A DNA stretch of 64,000 bases from Candidatus Omnitrophota bacterium (GTDB taxonomy: Bacteria; Omnitrophota; Gorgyraeia; Zapsychrales; Zapsychraceae): contig JAGVNC010000084.1 of NCBI GenBank assembly GCA_020053475.1, forward strand, positions 4,201 through 68,200, written 5' to 3'. This document shows, one piece after another, positions 56,834 to 64,000 of this stretch. Each line of letters opens with the position of its first letter. Positions within the stretch are counted from its first letter, which is position 1. A program made the translations under genes and the position numbers. Under the pieces are notes generated by a model. The model had not been told where the DNA came from, ran no database searches, and was given only the letters and a program-made list of their open reading frames with translations.

Positions 56834-58750
56834 CTAAAATGTGTCAACCGAATTTTCCGGCGGGGTGAGTTGTTGTGCGGCCTTCAACGCGTAATATTTC
56901 CTTAAATAGACCATCAAAATCGAAATGGCTGCGGGAGTGACCCCGGGAATGCGGTTCGCCTGGCCTAAATTGGCCGGAGAAAACCGCTTCAACTTTTGGC
57001 GGATTTCGGTCGAAAGGCTGTGAACCTGCTCATAGTCTAATTCTTGCGGGATTTTAATATTTTCAATATGCCGGAAACGCTCCACATCTTTACGCTGACG
57101 ATTGATAAAGCCTTCATATTTGATTTCATATTCAACCTGGTCGATGACCTCGGGCGGGAAACTCTTCAACAATCCGTCATAGTCCGCAATCATGGCATAA
57201 CGGACTTCCGGCCGTTTCAATAAATCGCTTAATAATATCGGCTGGCGCAGCGGAGAACTTCCTGCATCCCTTAAAATGTCGTTCAGAACTTTTTGGGGCG
57301 CAACGCGTGTTGAACGTAAATGCTTCACCTCTTGATCGATCAAGGCGTATTTGGTTCCAACGGCGCGATAATCATCTTCCTTTAAAAGCCCCAACGTGTA
57401 TCCATGATGCGCCAGGCGACGATCCGCATTATCTTCGCGGATAATCAATCGATATTCCACACGTGAAGTGAACATGCGATATGGTTCATCCGTTCCTTTG
57501 GTGGTTAAATCATCGATCAGGACGCCAATGTAGGCTTCGTGGCGGCCCAGGACAAAAGGATCTTTCTCTTTGGCTGATAAACCGGCATTGATGCCAGCGA
57601 TAATCCCTTGCGCGCCGGCTTCTTCGTAACCGGTTGTCCCATTAATCTGGCCGGCTAAAAATAGTCCCTTGATTTTTTTGGTTTCCAGCGTGTGGTTAAG
57701 TTCGGTGGCCGGGACAACGCCGTGTTCAATCGAATAGCCGGGGCGGTTGATGTTGACGTTTTCCAATCCGGGAATCGTGCGGACATATTGCTCCTGCACG
57801 TCCACCGGCAATCCCGTGGAAATGCCGTTAGGATAATATTCATCCGTATCCAGCCCTTCGGGCTCTAAGAAAATCTGATGGCTTTGTTTGTTGGCAAATT
57901 TTTTAATTTTATCTTCAATGGACGGACAATAACGCACACCCGTGGCCTGGATCTGCCCCGAATACATCGGCGAAAGATGCATATTCGCCCGGATGATCTC
58001 GTGGGTTTTTTCTGTCGTGTGTGTAATATGGCAGGGCAATAATTGTTGATCGGCCGGAATAAAAGGCGTACGAAACGAAAATGGGATCGGGCGTTCGTCG
58101 GAATGCTGCGGTTCTAAACGTGAAAAATCAATTGTTTTCCCATCGAGGCGGGGAGGCGTGCCTGTTTTGAACAACAATATTTCAAACCCTAGATCTTTAA
58201 TGTTATCCGCCAAACGCGTGGAATTAGGCTCACCGATTCTTCCGCCGGGAGTAATTTGCCGGCCGATATGGATGCGCCCTTTAAGAAATGTGCCGGTGGT
58301 GATCACAACACAACGGCAAGCGATATCCCTTCCTTCTTCAGTGCGAATCCCAACAATCCGGCCTTGCTTGACAAGAAGCTCACCGACTTTAGTTTCCAAG
58401 ACATCTAAATTTTCTTGGCGACGAACAACATCCTGCATGTAAAGTTTGTAGCGTTTGCGATCGGATTGACAGCGGGACGACCGCACCGCTTGCCCTTTGG
58501 AAGCATTTAATTGGCGGAATTGAATGGCTGTCCGGTCAGCGGCCAGCCCCATCTCGCCGCCTAAGGCATCGATCTCTTTGACGAGCTGGCCTTTGCCTAC
58601 GCCACCGATGGCCGGGTTACAGCTCATTTGACCAATCGTGTCAAAAAAAAGCGTGGCCATGAGGGTTTTGCAGCCCATCCTGGCGGAGGCTAAAGCCGCT
58701 TCACAGCCGGCATGACCGGCCCCAATGATAATACAATCATATATTTTCAT
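56834..58750 (-). CDS. mnmG: tRNA uridine 5-carboxymethylaminomethyl modification enzyme
   Basis: MKIYDCIIIGAGHAGCEAA FAD-binding start; 638 aa. Confidence 0.95.
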   Translation of the reverse strand: MKIYDCIIIGAGHAGCEAALASARMGCKTLMATLFFDTIGQMSCNPAIGGVGKGQLVKEIDALGGEMGLAADRTAIQFRQLNASKGQAVRSSRCQSDRKRYKLYMQDVVRRQENLDVLETKVGELLVKQGRIVGIRTEEGRDIACRCVVITTGTFLKGRIHIGRQITPGGRIGEPNSTRLADNIKDLGFEILLFKTGTPPRLDGKTIDFSRLEPQHSDERPIPFSFRTPFIPADQQLLPCHITHTTEKTHEIIRANMHLSPMYSGQIQATGVRYCPSIEDKIKKFANKQSHQIFLEPEGLDTDEYYPNGISTGLPVDVQEQYVRTIPGLENVNINRPGYSIEHGVVPATELNHTLETKKIKGLFLAGQINGTTGYEEAGAQGIIAGINAGLSAKEKDPFVLGRHEAYIGVLIDDLTTKGTDEPYRMFTSRVEYRLIIREDNADRRLAHHGYTLGLLKEDDYRAVGTKYALIDQEVKHLRSTRVAPQKVLNDILRDAGSSPLRQPILLSDLLKRPEVRYAMIADYDGLLKSFPPEVIDQVEYEIKYEGFINRQRKDVERFRHIENIKIPQELDYEQVHSLSTEIRQKLKRFSPANLGQANRIPGVTPAAISILMVYLRKYYALKAAQQLTPPENSVDTF

Positions 58751-58761
58751 AATAAGTTCTC

Positions 58762-58838
58762 AGTTCACGGTTCATAGTTCACGGTTCTATAACTTAATGT
58801 TTTTCTGCGAACTATGAACTCCGAACGATGAACTTCAT
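58762..58838. repeat. GTTCA-unit direct-repeat arrays in inverted orientation immediately upstream of mnmG
   Basis: agttcacggttcatagttcacggttc ... gaactatgaactccgaacgatgaac. Confidence 0.4.
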
Positions 58839-58888
58839 TATCGAGGAAATTGTCTTTTTGTCAAGACTTGCATTCGGAAGGGAAAACT

Positions 58889-59902
58889 CTACTTCTTCGG
58901 GGAGGCGCAAGATTCGCGGACAATCAACTCGGGCGTTAATAGCGACTTTTTGGCGGTGTCTGGTTTCCCATGCATAATTCCATTCACCACACGCACCGCT
59001 TCTTCCGCCATTTGAAAGAGAGGTTGTTTAATGGTCGTGAGCGCGACCGAGCTATACAAACAGGCAGGATTATCATCAAAACCAATCAAGGAAATATCTT
59101 CCGGGACATTGAGGCCTTTTTCAAATAACGCAGCCATGATTTCCAGGGCCATATCGTCGCTGGCCGCAAAGATCGCGGTGGGGCGTTTCTCCAACCCTAG
59201 GAATTGTTCGGTAGCGGTCCGCGCACAGCGTCGGGAATAATCGCCCTCGTAGACATATTCTTTGGGCAACTCGAGATTATTTTTTTCGATAATTTTTTTA
59301 AATCCCTGGTAACGATGCAACCCGGATTGTGTCGTCAGGTTCCCCGTAACGGTTGCGATCCTTTTGTGCCCTAAACTCACCAAATAATCGGCAGCAATTT
59401 CCCCGCCCAACACATTATCGACAGCGATATAATTGACCTCCAAGTCCGTTACCTTATTATTAATCACCAGGCAAGGCGTTCCGACCGCCAAGGCCGCTTC
59501 GACTTGTTTTCGATTTTCAATGATATCAGCAAAAATGATCCCGCCAACGTTATTGGAATTAAGAGGATTCGTCCCATTAGAAATATGAAACACTAAATCC
59601 AGGCGCAATGTTTCACAAGCATGCCCCACGCCGCGGATAATCTCCATGGCATAAAAGGAATGAAAAATACCCGGGTATCCGGGAATGACGAGGCCAATGG
59701 CATTGGTAAACCCTCGCGCCAATCGCTGGGCACTCACATTAGGCTTAAACTTAAGGGCCGCGACCGCTTCTTCAACTTTAGCGCGATTCTTGCTAGACAC
59801 GGTGGACACATTATTAATGACACGGGAAACCGTGGTAATCGAAACCTTCGCACGACGAGCGACATCCTCGATGCTCATTTTTTTATTGGATTTTTCGGCC
59901 AT
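58889..59902 (-). CDS. LacI-family transcriptional regulator
   Basis: N-terminal HTH SIEDVARRAKVSITTVSRVIN plus a periplasmic-binding-fold C-terminal domain; 337 aa. Confidence 0.8.
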   Translation of the reverse strand: MAEKSNKKMSIEDVARRAKVSITTVSRVINNVSTVSSKNRAKVEEAVAALKFKPNVSAQRLARGFTNAIGLVIPGYPGIFHSFYAMEIIRGVGHACETLRLDLVFHISNGTNPLNSNNVGGIIFADIIENRKQVEAALAVGTPCLVINNKVTDLEVNYIAVDNVLGGEIAADYLVSLGHKRIATVTGNLTTQSGLHRYQGFKKIIEKNNLELPKEYVYEGDYSRRCARTATEQFLGLEKRPTAIFAASDDMALEIMAALFEKGLNVPEDISLIGFDDNPACLYSSVALTTIKQPLFQMAEEAVRVVNGIMHGKPDTAKKSLLTPELIVRESCASPKK

Positions 59903-61167
59903 TACCGTACCACATCCCCTACTTTAATTTTGGACCATTGTTCTTTAATGTCAGCGGCAGAGATATCACTTCTGACTTGGATCACTTCGAGGCGGGCAAG
60001 ATATTGTGCATCGCGGTAAACGCTTAAGGCGTCTCCTAAACGGACCCCTTCCTGCTGTCCGATATCGACAATAATAAAATTATTTTCTTCATTGATACTG
60101 ACAACTTTCCCATTAAACCCGGGCTTCGACTTCATTGTCTCAACAGCCTCATTTTGTCCTTGCGAGGTGACAACAATCGGCGGCAATTCAATGTCTTTCC
60201 CGGGGGCAGATGCTGACTTCGCCCCTTCAAAACTTTTATCGACATTTTCCTTGATGTCCCAAATCTCGTCAATATTTGTCTGGACCATCGTCTCGGCTTC
60301 GTTGAGTTTTCTTTCAATGTTCGATTTATCTTCTTGCAAACGCACGTACGATTTTTCTAACGCACCCTTGGTTGTATTCAATTGTTTGAGCTGATCGCGT
60401 AATTGCGTATTTTCTTTGGATAACTTGTCGACATGATCAGAAACAAATTTACGATCATTTTTCGCACGGGCCAATTCTAACGAAAGATTATGAACCAACT
60501 CCTCTTTACTCTGGATTTCGCGGTCAACCGATTCCTTGTCTTGTTTAAGCCCATCTAATTCGATTTGTAAATTGGCGTTCGTTTGTTTAAGATTGACGAT
60601 CTCAACCGCATTCTTGGCCAAATCATCTTTCATGTTGGCCAACAGCACTTCTAATTCCGCTCGCTGACGCAAAACGGAAGCCCAATATTCTTCATCTCCC
60701 GCGGGAGCCATTTGAGATGGAACAGGAGCGGCAGGAGCTGCCGGTTGGGCAAAATTGGGGGGCGCTGGCTTTTCTTCCTCTGGCTGAGGCTCGGGACGCT
60801 CTTGTAACTTCACAACCAGCTCGTCACGTTCTCGCTGAATCGTCTCAACGCGGCGTTGCAATTCATTGCGTGAATCCGTCAGTTCGCCGACTTTGGCTTG
60901 AAGCTCTTCGGAGAGTTGTTCGGCTTTTTTAACTTTCTTTTCAATCTTATCTTTTTCGTCTTTGATTTGAACGCTTTCATCTTCGAGTTGTTTGATCTTC
61001 AGGAGGGATTTTTTTTCACGGTCTTGAGAGGCGAGTAATTCCTTGTCAACTTGCTGCTTAGCCTTTTCCAATTCTTGTTTTTGAAGCAACGTGTATCCGG
61101 CAAACCCAACGCTGGCAACTAATAGGACAGTCAGAATAAGAAGGCTTTGTTTTGCAGCTTTGGACAT
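59902..61167 (-). CDS. membrane-anchored long coiled-coil protein with a small C-terminal beta domain
   Basis: N-terminal TM, about 300 aa of heptad-rich E/K/Q sequence, a Pro/Ala linker, and C-terminus KVVSINEENNFIIVDIGQQEGVRLGD. Stop overlaps the lacI-family start. Confidence 0.4.
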   Translation of the reverse strand: MSKAAKQSLLILTVLLVASVGFAGYTLLQKQELEKAKQQVDKELLASQDREKKSLLKIKQLEDESVQIKDEKDKIEKKVKKAEQLSEELQAKVGELTDSRNELQRRVETIQRERDELVVKLQERPEPQPEEEKPAPPNFAQPAAPAAPVPSQMAPAGDEEYWASVLRQRAELEVLLANMKDDLAKNAVEIVNLKQTNANLQIELDGLKQDKESVDREIQSKEELVHNLSLELARAKNDRKFVSDHVDKLSKENTQLRDQLKQLNTTKGALEKSYVRLQEDKSNIERKLNEAETMVQTNIDEIWDIKENVDKSFEGAKSASAPGKDIELPPIVVTSQGQNEAVETMKSKPGFNGKVVSINEENNFIIVDIGQQEGVRLGDALSVYRDAQYLARLEVIQVRSDISAADIKEQWSKIKVGDVVR

Positions 61168-61299
61168 AAATTCTCCCTGTTGAGATATAAAGACTATAAT
61201 GAATATAACAAACTATTAATTTTTATACAAGAATAATTCAACAATTTTTAGCACAATCATGCCTCAGCGGTCAAATTTTTTCCTGGCCCGCGGCAGGGT

Positions 61300-61336
61300 G
61301 ACAAATAAAAACGGGACACCCAAAAGGATGTCCCGT
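61300..61336 (-). terminator. rho-independent terminator for the lipoprotein gene
   Basis: Minus strand reads acgggaca tccttttggg tgtcccgt ttttatttgt. Confidence 0.5.
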
Positions 61337-61371
61337 CCGCATTCGCTGAAATGTCAAGATACTATTAGATA

Positions 61372-62067
61372 CTATTCAAACCGGATATCGTCTAAGTAAA
61401 AAACATTTTGATCGGGGACCACATCCTCGCTGGTGGTCCAGGCAAATCCCCCGCTAATGTAAGAAAGATCTTTGCCTCTTAAATCTAGAGTGTATTGTTT
61501 CCATTCCGGAGAAAGAATCACGGGCCCCATCACCACAACGTCGGAATCAGGATAATTGCCCGTAATGCCCCCAATCGTAAATTCTTGGATTTGTTCGCCT
61601 CCCTTTTCGCCTTTGGCCCAGAACGTAAGTCTTTGAGCCCCTTCAAGATTAAACCCGCCTTTTCGTTGTCCCCAATTATTCGCCGGATTTAACCAATAAA
61701 TTCCAGCCCATTTTTGGTCTGTCCGAGAACATTGAGCGTCAAAAACGATCTTCATGCACGTCGACCCCTGGTAACAATTTTTTTGCCAAGTATCATCCAA
61801 CGAAACACACCGCACGCTGCCCATAAATCCTGACGGGACATAATGATTCTCACGCGCCCCTTTATTGGCATAAATATAAAATGGCTTGAAACCTGTTGGG
61901 GCACTTGGAGATTCGTCTTTGTTGAAAGAAACATCCGCCACAGGAATTTTTGTTTGCGTTAACGCGGATGCGTCCCTGGTTTCTTGATTTTTACAGCCAA
62001 CTAGACAACAAATTAATCCGATGAATAAAATCTTGGCCGGTCTCATGAATTCCTTTCTTCCGATCAT
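61372..62067 (-). CDS. lipoprotein, unknown function
   Basis: Lipobox CLVGCK; 231 aa; Cys-containing beta-rich sequence. Confidence 0.4.
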   Translation of the reverse strand: MIGRKEFMRPAKILFIGLICCLVGCKNQETRDASALTQTKIPVADVSFNKDESPSAPTGFKPFYIYANKGARENHYVPSGFMGSVRCVSLDDTWQKNCYQGSTCMKIVFDAQCSRTDQKWAGIYWLNPANNWGQRKGGFNLEGAQRLTFWAKGEKGGEQIQEFTIGGITGNYPDSDVVVMGPVILSPEWKQYTLDLRGKDLSYISGGFAWTTSEDVVPDQNVFYLDDIRFE

Positions 62068-62172
62068 TTCTTATCCAAAGACAATTATCGAAGGGTATGG
62101 TGAAGGTTGATGAGGAAAGTTGCAGGGATGCCTCGTTAAGAGACATCCCCGTAGACACACAAATTGAATGGA

Positions 62173-63048
62173 TTAAATTTCCCCTAATTCCATTAATGCT
62201 TCTTGAGCGGCTTCTTTAGGTTTCCAGAACCATCCCTGCGGGTCCCAGCACTGGGCATAAGAAAATTCATCCACCACTTGTTTATAAGCGGCTTGAGCTT
62301 CTTTGCTTTTCCCTTCTTTTTTCAACGCCTCTGCTTTGATAAAAAGGCCGGTCCCGACGTCATTCAGGGCCCAATAAGCAAATATTTTTTCTTTGGATTC
62401 CCACGGATACTCGGTCAATGCAGATTGCATTTCTTTGGCTCGATCACTGTAAAGCTCGACTAATTTGTCGACATACGCAACGGCGGACTTGCTATCATTG
62501 CCATTAAGTGCCGTCCAGGCTTTAGCAGTCAATGTCGAAGACGAATAATCACCAAAGTCGATGGTTGACCCTGTCGTGATCATCGCTATTTTTTCTTTGG
62601 CCGCGTCGGCGGGCTTCCAGAACCATCCCTGCGGATCCCAGCATTGCCCATAGCTATATTCATCGACAATCTTTTGATAAACCTGTTTGGCTTCATCTTG
62701 CATGTTCGCTTTACGATAAGCTTCACCCTGGATAAACAGAGCTGTCGCTACGTCATTAATCGCCCAATAAGCAAAAACTTCTTCTTTTTTCCCTTGAGGA
62801 TACGACGTTAACGCTGCCTGCATTTTTTGGGCTTCGCCGGTATACAACTCAAGGACTTTGTTCGTGTAGGCTAAAACAGCTTCCGTATCGCCGCGCGCTA
62901 AAGCTCCCCACGCTTTGGTCACCAATGTTTCCGAACGGAAATCGCCAAAATCATATTCGGCTGCCACCGGTGATGGGACCATGGCCCCTACACTGATTCC
63001 TAAGAATAAGACCGTTAATAAGACTCCGACTCTGTTGACTAAACGCAT
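62173..63048 (-). CDS. secreted protein made of two tandem ~135-aa repeats (internal duplication)
   Basis: DFGDFRSETLVTKAWGAL...YSYGQCWDPQGWFWKP is repeated as DFGDYSSSTLTAKAWTAL...FSYAQCWDPQGWFWKP. Signal peptide present. Confidence 0.45.
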   Translation of the reverse strand: MRLVNRVGVLLTVLFLGISVGAMVPSPVAAEYDFGDFRSETLVTKAWGALARGDTEAVLAYTNKVLELYTGEAQKMQAALTSYPQGKKEEVFAYWAINDVATALFIQGEAYRKANMQDEAKQVYQKIVDEYSYGQCWDPQGWFWKPADAAKEKIAMITTGSTIDFGDYSSSTLTAKAWTALNGNDSKSAVAYVDKLVELYSDRAKEMQSALTEYPWESKEKIFAYWALNDVGTGLFIKAEALKKEGKSKEAQAAYKQVVDEFSYAQCWDPQGWFWKPKEAAQEALMELGEI

Positions 63049-63156
63049 ACTTATCCTCCTACTTTTGTTGATTGAATGTTAGACTTTAATCCTAAAAAAT
63101 TGGGGACAAACACAAGTATACATCATTTTAACTATTTGTGCAATTTTATTCTAGGC

Positions 63157-63984
63157 CTATAAACCATTGTGCCACAAGTCTTTATAAAGAAAATAAACTT
63201 TTTTTAGCTGCCGCATAAAAGGACTTTGCTGGCCATTGCCTTGACTGGTGACCCCAAACCATTCTTCAAAATAGTACCCACCCGGGAAAGGCCCGATGGC
63301 ATCGGATTTACGGTCATGCATGTAAGGCTCATAATTTTTCCACCATTCATCCATCCACTCAAAGACAACGCCGCCCAACGCATTGCCCGTGCCCCGGGCA
63401 CGGCCTGCTAAATTTTCTTCAATATCCAACCAATTCCCAAAATGGTATTGCGCTTGGGCTTGCTCGCCTTCTTCCAATGTCAGATGCGGCGCATAGGCGG
63501 GGCATCCATACTCGGAGATCAACGCTGGTTTCCCCGTCGCCTCAAAGACCTGCTCCCAGAAAGACCCAAAGCCGTAATTGCCGCGATACACATTCGCCGA
63601 GAAGACATCAATATGCGCCGCATGTTTGGCAAAAATATCTAAATAAAGAGTGTCCCCATTACTGACGGCGACAGGATGTTTTTGATCGACGGATTTGATC
63701 CATTGGGCCACCTCATCGACAAATTCATAAAATGCTTCCGGCTTTTTATCCGCGTTGGAAGCTACCCCATAGTTGTTTTCATTTCCCAAAACCCACATCA
63801 ATATATAAGGCTCGTCCTTAAATTCCATCACCATCTTTTTGACCGAGGACAGCATGTTGTTCCGATGTTCGGGATTTTCATAATCCGTCCCTTGCGCCCA
63901 TGTCGCTCCTGAACCGGTCGCGTATTTCCCTAAAAAATCACCCATGATGACCCGGAAGCCATATTTGTTAAACATCTGGCGCAA
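63157..63984 (-). CDS. clan GH-A TIM-barrel glycoside hydrolase (GH2/GH5-like), N-terminus may extend beyond the window
   Basis: MWVLGNENNYG (acid/base NE) and ISEYGCPAY (nucleophile E) blocks. Confidence 0.45.
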   Translation of the reverse strand: MRQMFNKYGFRVIMGDFLGKYATGSGATWAQGTDYENPEHRNNMLSSVKKMVMEFKDEPYILMWVLGNENNYGVASNADKKPEAFYEFVDEVAQWIKSVDQKHPVAVSNGDTLYLDIFAKHAAHIDVFSANVYRGNYGFGSFWEQVFEATGKPALISEYGCPAYAPHLTLEEGEQAQAQYHFGNWLDIEENLAGRARGTGNALGGVVFEWMDEWWKNYEPYMHDRKSDAIGPFPGGYYFEEWFGVTSQGNGQQSPFMRQLKKVYFLYKDLWHNGL

Positions 63985-64000
63985 GAGTTCTTTATTAGGC

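Noticed and set aside
58751-58888. oriC adjacent to mnmG
   Set aside because: No DnaA boxes (TTATCCACA or near variants) recognised in the spacer; the GTTCA arrays do not match the DnaA consensus.

Overview
This is a bacterial chromosomal window with most genes on the minus strand. The genome is moderately AT-rich and carries a diderm-envelope gene set: lnt, an LpxL-like acyltransferase, an LptE-like lipoprotein, a BamD/YbgF-like TPR protein and murJ. Housekeeping genes recognised are ftsB, eno, purN, an H+-pyrophosphatase, secA, prfB (with its canonical programmed +1 frameshift, split by the ORF track), uvrC, rpsT, a short holA-like gene, leuS, thiS-thiG-thiH-thiF, cysK and mnmG. There are also comEA-comEC and pilT, three tRNAs (initiator Met, Thr-CGT, Phe-GAA), three paralogous TMTC/PMT-like GT-C membrane proteins (two with TPR tails) and an FtsH-family protease paralog without a periplasmic domain that is co-translated with a lipoprotein. 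Accessory content: (1) two AbiEi/AbiEii type IV toxin-antitoxin pairs (1-1559 and 41596-43118). (2) A block at about 33.2-43.2 kb holding a GC-shifted 6.9 kb gene for a 2304-aa secreted Cys-rich repeat protein, a start-less excisionase-like HTH ORF fused TAATG to its start codon, a stand-alone DEDDh exonuclease and the second AbiE pair. (3) A diverged duplicate of the last about 100 bp of leuS, 870 bp downstream, bracketing an ORF6N gene (integrated-element scar). (4) At least six families of intergenic palindromic or tandem repeats: 110-130 bp hairpins of degenerate YTAAA units (4 copies), GGGTTTA-type repeats including a (GGTTTAA)5 array that truncates a UbiA-like gene, a hairpin-plus-SD module in front of start codons, and several others. 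The ORF track evidently allows TTG/GTG starts written as M, so several 5-prime ends are approximate. All calls are from reading the sequence and translations only; no searches were run.
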